Source of the DNA: an uncultured Acidimicrobiales bacterium
GTDB taxonomy: Bacteria; Actinomycetota; Acidimicrobiia; Acidimicrobiales; SHLQ01
Direction: 5' to 3'
Assembly (NCBI GenBank): GCA_964451305.1
Contig: CAYVHV010000007.1
Location: 20,616-84,615, forward strand
Length of the DNA stretch: 64,000 bases
Within the stretch, counting starts at the first letter, position 1; the number at the start of each line of letters is the position of its first letter. The notes under the pieces are model-generated. The model made no database searches and had not been told where the DNA came from. It worked only from the letters and a program-made list of their open reading frames with translations. Of the stretch, positions 56,240-64,000 are shown in pieces. Position numbers and translations under genes: made by a program.

Positions 56240-57694
56240 CTATCCGTCGATGCCCGCGCTGGTTACGGTCTGTCCGGCTTTGAGACCGATGTCGAGTGAC
56301 TCGAGGTAGGCGTTCGGCGTCGTGCCATCGAATGGGATTGCGTCGATGAAGTCGTCTTCGACACCACGGAAACCATCGGTCTCAGGAACGTCGGATGCTT
56401 CAATATCGCCGGAGTCGACGAGGTCGGTTGCGGCCTCGAGGTAGAGGTCGGGGCGATACACGGCCTCGGCCTGCTCGACGAACCAGTCATCGCTTTGTGC
56501 AGTGTCGATCTGGCCCCAGCGACGCATCTGAGAGAGGTACCAGACCGCGTCGGAGTAGTACGGGTAACCCGCAAAGTTACGGAAGAAGATGTTGAAGTCG
56601 GGAGCGGGCCGGGTATCTCCCTGCTCGAAGGTGAACAGGCCGGTCATCGACGCAGCGATGACCTCTCGGTCGGCGCCGACGTACTGAGACTGCGACAAGA
56701 TGTCGACAGCTTCCTCGCGGTTGGCGTTGTCGTTCTCGTCGAGCCACTTCTGCGCCTTGATGATCGCCCGCAACATAGCGCGTGTGGTGTTCGGATTCGT
56801 GGAAGCAAAGTCGTCGCGGAGGCCAAAGACCTTCTCCGGGTTCGACGTCTTGATGTGCTGATCGGTCGCGATGGGCACGCCGATGTTCTGAAATACCGCA
56901 GCTTGGTTCCACGGTTCGCCGACGCAGTACCCGTCGATCGTTCCCGCCTCCATCGTCGCTGGCATTTGGGGAGGTGGCGTGACCGACAGCGGCACATCGG
57001 CCGCAACGGTTCCGACCGCATCGCCGGGGGTGTAGAAGCCCGGTCCGATCCCGCCAGCGGCGAGCCAGTAGCGGAGTTCGTAGTTGTGGGTGGAGACAGG
57101 AAAGACCATTCCCATGTTGAATTGTTTGCCTTCGCCAGCGAACTGATCGATCGCTGCCTGCAAGTAGGAGGCGGAGATGGGGTGCTCTGGATTGCCGTCG
57201 GCGTTCTCTGGCAGGTTCGGCCGGACGATGTCCCAGACCTCGTTGGACACCGTGATGCCATTGCCGTTCAAATCGAGACTGAGCGGAGCGATCAGATTGG
57301 CAGCGGTGCCGTAACCAATCGTTGCAGCAAGGGGCTGGCCAGCGAGCATGTGCGCACCATCGAGCGCCCCGCCGATGACGCCGTCGAGGAGCACCCGCCA
57401 GTTCGCCTGCGCCTCGAGCGAGACGTTCAATCCTTCTTCGCTGAAGTATCCGTTCTCCAATGCGATCGCAAGTGGAGCCATATCGGTCAGCTTGATGAAA
57501 CCGAGGGTGAGGTTCGGCTTCTCGATCGACCCACTGGATGCTGAGGCAGCGACGGCTGTCGTCTCGGTCGCTCCCTCTACCTGTGTTGTTGTCGTGCTGG
57601 TGGAACCACCGCATGCGGCCAAAACTGCGGCGCTCGCGGTCATCGATCCTGCTCCGATGACGAAACGTCGGCGTGAGAATTGCTTGTCGGTCAC
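56240..57694 (-). CDS. nrtA: nitrate/nitrite ABC transporter substrate-binding lipoprotein (NrtA/NMT1-like) with Tat signal
   Basis: Twin-arginine plus lipobox signal FSRRRFVIGAGSMTASAAVLAACGG, and an NMT1/THI5-like body. Confidence 0.82.
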   Translation of the reverse strand: MTDKQFSRRRFVIGAGSMTASAAVLAACGGSTSTTTTQVEGATETTAVAASASSGSIEKPNLTLGFIKLTDMAPLAIALENGYFSEEGLNVSLEAQANWRVLLDGVIGGALDGAHMLAGQPLAATIGYGTAANLIAPLSLDLNGNGITVSNEVWDIVRPNLPENADGNPEHPISASYLQAAIDQFAGEGKQFNMGMVFPVSTHNYELRYWLAAGGIGPGFYTPGDAVGTVAADVPLSVTPPPQMPATMEAGTIDGYCVGEPWNQAAVFQNIGVPIATDQHIKTSNPEKVFGLRDDFASTNPNTTRAMLRAIIKAQKWLDENDNANREEAVDILSQSQYVGADREVIAASMTGLFTFEQGDTRPAPDFNIFFRNFAGYPYYSDAVWYLSQMRRWGQIDTAQSDDWFVEQAEAVYRPDLYLEAATDLVDSGDIEASDVPETDGFRGVEDDFIDAIPFDGTTPNAYLESLDIGLKAGQTVTSAGIDG

Positions 57695-57731
57695 TAGAAG
57701 TCCTCGCTTGGTAGGGGGATGGACTTCAGCT

Positions 57732-57758
57732 AATCAGGACGAAGTTTCAGTCCTGATT
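57732..57758. promoter_or_regulatory. perfect 9-bp inverted repeat AATCAGGAC-N9-GTCCTGATT upstream of nrtA (candidate operator)
   Basis: Read directly from the sequence. It lies 38-64 nt upstream of the nrtA start codon (57694), in the 137-nt gap between hemD and nrtA. Confidence 0.4.
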
Positions 57759-57809
57759 CGTGCGCGTGAGCGGTCGGTGACGCCTACCCGTGATCGCGAA
57801 GTCGTTCTG

Positions 57810-57825
57810 GTGACGCGGGCGAAAC
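57810..57825 (+). promoter_or_regulatory. candidate GlnR box (GTGAC-N6-GAAAC)
   Basis: GTGAC at 57810-14, GCGGGC as spacer and GAAAC at 57821-25 match the actinobacterial GlnR a-site/b-site consensus gTnAc-n6-GaAAc. The site is ~120 nt upstream of nrtA. Confidence 0.3.
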
Positions 57826-57831
57826 AGTCCG

Positions 57832-58737
57832 TTAACGCGTTGGTCCGCGTGTGCTGCTCGGCGCTCCCAGGGCTGCAGTGAGCGCGTCGAGCATCGGGAT
57901 CAATCGGGCAACGTCGGGTTCGATGATCCCGGTCCATCCAGCGTCGACTGCCGTTGCGGCACAAACCGGTCCCACGACGACCGGGACGCATGCGGACCGG
58001 AGGGCATTGTCCAAATCGCCGATCAGTCCAGCACGGGAGGCGATCTCTCGAAGGTGGCTGATCGCCGGCGAGGCGGTAAAGGTGATCGCATCGATGTCAC
58101 CAGTGATCGTTGCGTCGATCAGCTCCAGCGCTGCGCTCGTGTCCGCCGGGATTCGATATCGATAGATGCGCATGTATTCGATATCTGCGTCCACCGCCTC
58201 GAGGGCATCGACGATGACATCGTGAACGGTTCCGACGAGCTGAACAGCGACACGGGTACCAGGCGTGAGCGACCGGCAACGCTCCGCAACCTCTCGGGCC
58301 GTCTCGTCCGGGGCCTGCCAGGACACGTCGAGGCCGAGGGACCGGCACCGGCTCGTCGACTTCGCGCCACGACTCCATACCGTGGAGGTACATAGCGAGG
58401 TCGTCAACCGGTCTTGCTGGTCTTGAGTGAGACGTTCCATCCACCAGGAGATTCCCTGGCCCGTCTGGACGATGAAGATCTCGGGAGGTCGATCGATGAG
58501 TCGTTCGCTGACCGCGCCGACATCGGTACAACCGGTGTCGTCGACGGTTTCCATCAACGGAGCCATCAGGACGGTCGCCCCACGAGCATCGAGGTAGCGC
58601 TTCTGATGGCCAGCTCGCCGTTCCGCCGTGACCCAAATGCGGCGCCCGGTCAAGATATCTGCGTTGTTCACCCGTTGATCCTGCATGGTTCTTTTGCGGT
58701 TCACGAGCGCAGGGCGGTCGCGTGAGTTGTTGTTCAC
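57832..58737 (-). CDS. hemD: uroporphyrinogen-III synthase
   Basis: HemD fold similarity (LTGRRIWVTAER...GATVLMAPLMETV...). An alternative ATG at 58686 would leave a 107-nt divergent promoter region with cysG. Confidence 0.75.
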   Translation of the reverse strand: MNNNSRDRPALVNRKRTMQDQRVNNADILTGRRIWVTAERRAGHQKRYLDARGATVLMAPLMETVDDTGCTDVGAVSERLIDRPPEIFIVQTGQGISWWMERLTQDQQDRLTTSLCTSTVWSRGAKSTSRCRSLGLDVSWQAPDETAREVAERCRSLTPGTRVAVQLVGTVHDVIVDALEAVDADIEYMRIYRYRIPADTSAALELIDATITGDIDAITFTASPAISHLREIASRAGLIGDLDNALRSACVPVVVGPVCAATAVDAGWTGIIEPDVARLIPMLDALTAALGAPSSTRGPTR

Positions 58738-58793
58738 GACAACGAAACAGTTGGTTCATCGAGCCGAATTATCGTCCCGGTACGGTCTGCTGC

Positions 58794-60236
58794 ATGAAGA
58801 TTTCGCGGTTTCGGCGCACGAGAGTTCCAGCTCAGAACAACGCCAGGCCGTACATGGTTGCCTGGCGGCTTGCGAAGAAGAAGGTCGTCGTCGTCGGCGC
58901 TGGCTCGATCGGCGAAGCGAAGATCGAGACGTTGTTGCCAGCCGAGCCTGCGCTCCTCGCCATCGACCCGTCGCCCTCTCCACGAGTTCTCGAACTCGAA
59001 GCCGAGGGACGTCTCGAGCTGCTCCAGCGTCGAGTGTGCCCGCTCGATCTGCGCGGCGCCGAGCTCGTCGTGATCGCCACTGGCGATCACGAGGCCAACA
59101 TCAGAATTGCTCGATGGGCGCGGCTCGCCGGAGCGACCGTCAACGCCGTCGATGACCCCGACCTGTGCGATGTAACGATTCCGGCGGTGATCGAACGTGG
59201 CCCTGCGACGATTGCGGTAACCACCAATGGTGCCACTCCGGCCGGAGCTCGCTTCTTGCGAGAGAAACTCAGCGAGCTTCTCGATGCCGATATTGCGGTG
59301 ATGTTCGAACATGGACGACTTGCGAGGAACGAGCTTCGTTCCTCCGGACGTTATCGCTATGACTATCACGCGTGGCGAGACCGCTTCTTCTCACCTGCGT
59401 GGGACGCTGTCGAGAGCGGCTCAGCGAGTGAGATTTCGCGCATACGGACGACGTTCGTCGACGGGTTCACCAACCAGATCCCGGGTGCCGCCGGTCGAAT
59501 CTCGCTCGTCGGCGCTGGACCTGGGGGAGTGGATCTCATAACCGTGCGAGGAGCGAGAGCACTCGCCGCCGCGGATGTTGTTTTGTACGACCGTCTCGCC
59601 GACCCTGCCTTGCCGGATCTCGCGCCTCGGGCAGCTCTACGCATACCGGTGGGTAAGGGAAAGGGCTTTGGGTATGCCCAATCTTCGATCGAACAGCAAC
59701 TGATTTCGCATGCGTCGAATGGCGCACATGTTGTTCGACTGAAGGGCGGCGACCCGTTTGTCTTTGGTCGGGGGTGTGAAGAGGTCGACGCAGCACATGC
59801 TCATGGCATTCCAGTCGAGGTGATTCCGGGTCTGAGCTCAGCCTTGAGCGCACCCGCACTCGCTGGATTGTCGATCACCGATCGGCGTCTGTCGTCTGGC
59901 TTTGTCGTTATCAGCGGTCATCGAGCGGGTGCTGAAAGCTACGACTGGGACGCGCTGGCGCGCTTGGAACTGACGGTCGTCGCATTGATGGCCGCCGCCA
60001 CCGCAAGTCAGGTGGCGAGACGCTTGATCGATGCGGGTGCCGATGGGCGGACCGGCGTTGCGTTCATCCACGCTGCAGGTACCGCTGAAGAAACCCAGGT
60101 TCGGCGGTCACTCAACGAAGTGGCACTCGAGGGATGCCCCTTGGGGTCTCCAACGGTCATGGTGATCGGAGCGGTCGTCGATGGAAGAGCCGTCGAAGTC
60201 GCCGCCGAACCGAGGAGCGTTAGCGCCGTCTCGTAA
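58794..60236 (+). CDS. cysG: siroheme synthase (precorrin-2 dehydrogenase/ferrochelatase plus uroporphyrinogen-III C-methyltransferase)
   Basis: N-terminal Rossmann motif KKVVVVGAGSIGEAK and SUMT motifs ISLVGAGPGGVDLITVRG...VVLYDRL and VVRLKGGDPFVFGRG. I chose the ATG at 58794. Confidence 0.88.
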   Translation: MKISRFRRTRVPAQNNARPYMVAWRLAKKKVVVVGAGSIGEAKIETLLPAEPALLAIDPSPSPRVLELEAEGRLELLQRRVCPLDLRGAELVVIATGDHEANIRIARWARLAGATVNAVDDPDLCDVTIPAVIERGPATIAVTTNGATPAGARFLREKLSELLDADIAVMFEHGRLARNELRSSGRYRYDYHAWRDRFFSPAWDAVESGSASEISRIRTTFVDGFTNQIPGAAGRISLVGAGPGGVDLITVRGARALAAADVVLYDRLADPALPDLAPRAALRIPVGKGKGFGYAQSSIEQQLISHASNGAHVVRLKGGDPFVFGRGCEEVDAAHAHGIPVEVIPGLSSALSAPALAGLSITDRRLSSGFVVISGHRAGAESYDWDALARLELTVVALMAAATASQVARRLIDAGADGRTGVAFIHAAGTAEETQVRRSLNEVALEGCPLGSPTVMVIGAVVDGRAVEVAAEPRSVSAVS

Positions 60237-60286
60237 ACTCGACTCGTGATCAAGGGCTGCGAGCGAACCGAAATTCGAGCGTTGTC

Positions 60287-61156
60287 GTGAAGCTCTCAGC
60301 GACGGACCTGGGCGAACTCGCCGCACTCGCCATCGACGTCGCGGCCGAGGCGGGCGAGATGGTCGGCGCATCGCGCCCCGTTGAGATCGAGAGAAAAAAT
60401 GGTGGCGAGAGTCTTGCGTCGCAAGTTGTCACCGAGATCGACCGGCGCGCCGAAGAGATCATCATCGAGGGACTCGCCTCGACTCGGAGTTCTTTTGCTC
60501 TTGGCCTTTTGTCCGAAGAAGTCGGTGATGACGGCAGCCGTCTGACGGCCGAACACTTCTGGTGCATCGACCCGCTCGACGGAACGTTGCCCTTCATCGA
60601 GGGCGTGCCCGGCTACGCGGTTTCCGTTGCCCTGGTTCGCAGCGACGGAACGCCGTTGATCGGCGTTATCTACGACCCAATCGATAGATCCGTGCTCCAC
60701 GCGATTCGCGGGGCTGGAGCATTTCGTGACGGCCAGCCGTGGCTCCCGAGCCACACCTCTTCGGCCGAAACCCTTTCCGTATTCGCAGATCGAAGTTTTC
60801 TCAGCGCCCCCGAATATGACCGTGTCGTCGATGGACTCGACCGGATCGCCCTCGACCGCGATCTCCAAGGAGTCCATATACGCGCAACCGCAGGCGCGGT
60901 AATGAACGCATCTGGGGTCCTGGGCAACGACCCCGCTTGTTACTTCAAGACGCCGAATCCGAGCGGGGGTGGAAGTCTGTGGGACTTTGCTGCGACGGCC
61001 TGTCTGTTCAACGAGGCGGGAGCCGTCGCTACCGATATGTACGGCGATTCGCTCGACCTCAATCGGGCCGACTCGACGAGTATGGGGCACCGCGGGGTGC
61101 TGTATGCGAGTGATGCTGATCTCGCCGCGCAGATTCGCCGGTTGTGGGGCGGGTAG
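60287..61156 (+). CDS. inositol monophosphatase/CysQ-family phosphatase
   Basis: Metal-binding motifs LLSEE, WCIDPLDGTLPFIEG and WDFAATA. Confidence 0.8.
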   Translation: MKLSATDLGELAALAIDVAAEAGEMVGASRPVEIERKNGGESLASQVVTEIDRRAEEIIIEGLASTRSSFALGLLSEEVGDDGSRLTAEHFWCIDPLDGTLPFIEGVPGYAVSVALVRSDGTPLIGVIYDPIDRSVLHAIRGAGAFRDGQPWLPSHTSSAETLSVFADRSFLSAPEYDRVVDGLDRIALDRDLQGVHIRATAGAVMNASGVLGNDPACYFKTPNPSGGGSLWDFAATACLFNEAGAVATDMYGDSLDLNRADSTSMGHRGVLYASDADLAAQIRRLWGG

Positions 61157-61883
61157 TCCCGTCGAACAGGGTCTTGACCGCCGGGTCTTGCAGCGCCGTC
61201 TCGGTTGGAGCGCAACACACACACGTGAGATCGAGAGCCACGACGGTGTCGGCGTGGTTGACATCGTTCATGTGGTGAGTGGAAAACAAGACGGTTCGTC
61301 CGGTATCTGCCTCGGTCCGCATGACCTCGAGGATGCGTTGCTGCGAAGCGACATCGAGGCCGGCCGACGGCTCGTCGAGCAGCAACACCGGTGCTTCCTG
61401 GGCGAGTCCTTGGGCGACGAGAGCCCGTTGGCGTTGTCCTCCCGATAGTTCGTTGATGGGTGTGGAACGCAGGCGAAGAAGGTCCACTCGGTCGAGCGCT
61501 TCGTCGCACGCTCGGTGGTCGGATCGACGCATTGCGCCGAAGAGGCCACGGGAGGGGTAGCGGCCCATCCGGACGACGTCGTTGACCGTGAGCCGTAGTT
61601 GCGGATCGATGCTCGTTGCTTGCAGCACGTCGGCGACTCGTCCTGAGATTGAGACCGTGCCGGTCGACGGGTGCAATCGGCCGCTGATGAGGGCGAACAT
61701 GGTGGACTTGCCAGCACCGTTTGGGCCGATGACGGCGGTTACCGATCCGCTGTCGATCGACAAGCTCACTTCGGATAGGGCCAGCGTGGCGGTGTTGTGG
61801 GCGTCGACATTGCGAAACTCGACCGCAGATGTTCTGGCGTGGTCCCGACGCGTTACGGTCGATTGTGGATGCATGCTTCGCAT
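61059..61883 (-). CDS. ABC transporter ATP-binding protein (metal-uptake ZnuC/MntA-like), without adjacent permease or binding protein
   Basis: Walker A GPNGAGKST, signature LSGGQRQRALVAQGL and Walker B VLLLDEPSAGLD. Confidence 0.8.
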   Translation of the reverse strand: MRSMHPQSTVTRRDHARTSAVEFRNVDAHNTATLALSEVSLSIDSGSVTAVIGPNGAGKSTMFALISGRLHPSTGTVSISGRVADVLQATSIDPQLRLTVNDVVRMGRYPSRGLFGAMRRSDHRACDEALDRVDLLRLRSTPINELSGGQRQRALVAQGLAQEAPVLLLDEPSAGLDVASQQRILEVMRTEADTGRTVLFSTHHMNDVNHADTVVALDLTCVCCAPTETALQDPAVKTLFDGTTRPTTGESARRDQHHSHTAPRGAPYSSSRPD

Positions 61884-62041
61884 GGGCGCAAGAGTATCAG
61901 AATGAGAACCAGTCTCAACTAAGGCTGAGATTGGATGTCAAAAGTCGGGCGCTGAGGTTCATTGTCCTGGGGGAGCGCCATCGCCCCCGTGGTCCGCTGG
62001 TTAGGATTGGCGCATGGAGAGGGTCAAGGCAGCCGATCGCC

Positions 62042-62941
62042 GTGTTTGACCCAGAGCAGTACCAACTTCTTGACTTTGGTGCGGGCCGCAAGCTTGAACG
62101 CTTCGGGCATGAAATCCTGGACCGTCCCAGCCCGGCGGCGGAGGGCGCGGCCGTTGCCGACCCTGCGGCGTGGCGTTACGCGACCGCTCGCTTCGATCTC
62201 GTATCTGGCGGCACGGGGGAATGGGACGACGCTGCGCTGTCGTTGCCGGATGGAGAACAGGAGCCATGGTCTGTCCGTCACGCGGACAGTCGCCTCGTGA
62301 TGCAGCTCAACACTGCGGGTAACGTCGGACTCTTCCCGGAGCAGGCCAGCAACTGGGATTGGATTGCTGAGCAGGTGGAGCTGTCCCGTCAAGACGTGAC
62401 CACTCGCGCGCCCCGAGTATTGAATTTGTTCGCATATACCGGTGGAGCGAGCCTCGCTGCAGCTGCTGCAGGCGCCGAGGTTACCCACGTCGATGCCTCG
62501 GGGCCGACGGTCTCGGCGGCGAAGCGTAACGCCGAGGTTTCCGGCCTTGCGGACGCGCCGATCCGGTGGCTCATCGACGACGCCATCAAGTTTGTTGCTC
62601 GAGAGTGTCGGCGGGCCAAGCGCTACGACGGCGTTATTCTCGACCCTCCGACATACGGCAAAGGGCCGAAGGGTAAACCGTTCAAGTTCGCGCAGCACCT
62701 CACCGAGTTGATGGAGCACTGTGGTGAGTTGCTCGAAGATGATGCGGATAGCAACAGGTTCTTGCTCTTTAGCTGTCATGCTCCCGGGTTCGGTATCGAC
62801 GACGCACGGGTAACGGTGGAGAGCGTGCTGCCTCGGGGGAGCAGCGAGGGGGTAGTGAGTCGACCGCTGTCGCTCGAATCCACTGACGGTCGGACGCTGA
62901 AGGCTGGCGTGTCCGCACACTGGAGTTCGACGGCGAGCTAG
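62042..62941 (+). CDS. class I SAM-dependent methyltransferase (RlmI/RlmK-like)
   Basis: YQLLDFGAGRKLERFG at the N-terminus, VLNLFAYTGGASLAAA (motif I) and GVILDPPTYG (motif IV). The start is uncertain: I took the GTG at 62042, and the track start at 61829 overlaps the ABC gene. Confidence 0.7.
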   Translation: MFDPEQYQLLDFGAGRKLERFGHEILDRPSPAAEGAAVADPAAWRYATARFDLVSGGTGEWDDAALSLPDGEQEPWSVRHADSRLVMQLNTAGNVGLFPEQASNWDWIAEQVELSRQDVTTRAPRVLNLFAYTGGASLAAAAAGAEVTHVDASGPTVSAAKRNAEVSGLADAPIRWLIDDAIKFVARECRRAKRYDGVILDPPTYGKGPKGKPFKFAQHLTELMEHCGELLEDDADSNRFLLFSCHAPGFGIDDARVTVESVLPRGSSEGVVSRPLSLESTDGRTLKAGVSAHWSSTAS

Positions 62942-63001
62942 GTCCTACATTGAGTCTCGGTTCTTCGGCCTCGGCTGGCCGGGCTGATCTACGATCCGTA
63001 C

Positions 63002-64000
63002 ATGGACGAGGGCAAGAAGAGCCCCGAGATCGGTGTTGGCTCAGCAGCGTCGATCGGTATTGGGGGAATGGTTGGGGCGGGAATCTTTGCGATTCTCGGA
63101 CTGGCAGCGACGACGACCCAAGGTGCAGTCCCGATCGCCTTTGTCATCGGCGGTGTCATCGCCCTCGTGACGGCGCATTGCTACGGCAAGCTATCGGTTG
63201 CCTACCCCGATAAGGGCGGCACGGTTGCCTACCTCGACCGAGCGTATGGGGCGACGGCGTTCACGGGCATTCTCAACGTCCTGCTCGTCCTCAGCTACGT
63301 CGTGATGATCGGATTCTACGCGTCGGCCTTCGGACGGTTTGGGGCCACATTCTTCAACGACTCGGAGCTGTCACGGCATGTCTTGATCACCGGCGTGGTC
63401 TTCGCTCTAGCGTTCGTCAACGTGGTCGGAACCGGGCTCGTCGTCAAGTACGGCAATTTCGCGAACGCCGTCAAGCTCTTGCTGCTCGCAGGATTTGTCG
63501 TGATTGGCCTCGTTGGTGGCGACGTGGATTTTGGCCGCTTTGCGGTGAGCGAATGGGTGGGCCCGGTCCCGTTGATCGCCGGCGCCATGGTCATCTTCTT
63601 GAACTACGAGGGCTTCGAGATGATCGCCAACGTGTCGAGCGATGTGCCGGAAGAGAAGCGGGCGAAGGTCATGCCCCAAGCGTTCTATGGCTCGGTTCTG
63701 ATCGTGATCGCTCTGTACGTGTTGATCTCGATCGTGGCGGTGGGTTCCCTGTCGACCGCGGCGATCGAGAGCGCTGGCGAATTCGCGCTGGCCGAGGCCG
63801 CCGAATCGATGATCGGGAGCGCAGGCTTCACGATCATCGTCGTCGCAGCGCTCCTCGCTACGTCATCGGCGATTAATGCAACCCTGTTCTCGTCGGCTCG
63901 TATCACGTTCGCTCTCGCGAGCGAACGTGAGATGCCAAAAGAGCTCGGCACGCTCGTGCGCGAGCAGCCACTTCCGGCGCTCGCCTTTGTGTGCGTAACC
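63002..64000 (+). CDS. APC-family amino acid permease; 3' end runs off the right edge
   Basis: My own translation from the ATG at 63002 gives MDEGKKSPEIGVGSAASIGIGGMVGAGIFAILG...FLNYEGFEMIAN...ATSSAINATLFS. It is not in the ORF track because it is open at the edge. Confidence 0.8.
   Translation, partial: MDEGKKSPEIGVGSAASIGIGGMVGAGIFAILGLAATTTQGAVPIAFVIGGVIALVTAHCYGKLSVAYPDKGGTVAYLDRAYGATAFTGILNVLLVLSYVVMIGFYASAFGRFGATFFNDSELSRHVLITGVVFALAFVNVVGTGLVVKYGNFANAVKLLLLAGFVVIGLVGGDVDFGRFAVSEWVGPVPLIAGAMVIFLNYEGFEMIANVSSDVPEEKRAKVMPQAFYGSVLIVIALYVLISIVAVGSLSTAAIESAGEFALAEAAESMIGSAGFTIIVVAALLATSSAINATLFSSARITFALASEREMPKELGTLVREQPLPALAFVCVT

Noticed and set aside
57732-57758. The inverted repeat as an intrinsic terminator of hemD
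   Set aside because: On the minus strand the stem is not followed by a U-tract, and the stem is AT-rich and short. An operator role seems at least as likely, so I did not call it a terminator.
60296-62920. Minus-strand ORFs 60296..61264 (322 aa) and 62024..62920 (298 aa)
   Set aside because: They lie antisense to the IMPase-family and methyltransferase genes and contain no motifs.
1-64000. Global reassignment of UGA (to Trp or Gly) as an alternative explanation for the three in-frame TGAs
   Set aside because: Conserved genes such as fumC and selO terminate at TGA exactly at the expected C-terminus. The in-frame TGAs occur only at redox Cys positions.
1-64000. CRISPR arrays, tRNA/rRNA genes (including tRNA-Sec), transposases, integrases and prophage genes
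   Set aside because: The intergenic gaps are short, at most about 310 nt. Inspected by eye, they show no cloverleaf-like or repeat-spacer structure, and no ORF carries transposase or integrase motifs. A proper tRNA scan is still advisable.

Overview
High-GC, gene-dense chromosomal segment that looks actinobacterial. That call is inferred from Rv2466c-like, NnaR-like and ZAS anti-sigma homologies. I support about 57 protein genes and found no rRNA, tRNA, CRISPR array, transposase or integrase. Most long ORFs lying antisense to these genes are high-GC shadow frames.

Content by region:
- Housekeeping genes: glpK, fumC, tadA, tkt.
- A roughly 10.4 kb nitrate/nitrite assimilation operon on the minus strand (nrtA, nrtB, fused nrtCD, nirB, nirD, nnaR-like, nasA), with hemD and cysG alongside.
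- Two Na+/H+ antiporters.
- A tightly packed operon of carbon-carbon bond cleaving enzymes (28.6-35.8 kb).
- A redox-stress module: ECF sigma, RsrA-type ZAS anti-sigma, TlpA-like redoxin and SelO.

Main finding: three redox genes each carry an in-frame TGA exactly at the position of a catalytic CxxC cysteine. They are an Rv2466c-type DsbA-like reductase, a FrnE-type DsbA and an AhpD/CMD-type protein. Each TGA is followed 15-18 nt later by a similar hairpin with a G in the first or second loop position. I read these as selenocysteine codons with SECIS elements. A standard gene caller would split these genes or truncate them so that they lack the catalytic motif. One of the three also sits behind a perfect GGAAT-N18-GTT (SigR/SigH-type) promoter, directly downstream of the sigma/anti-sigma pair. 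No Sec machinery (selA/B/C/D) is visible in this window, so the call needs genome-level confirmation.

Secondary observations: candidate operator and GlnR-box motifs, two gene remnants, and several unusual gene couplings.
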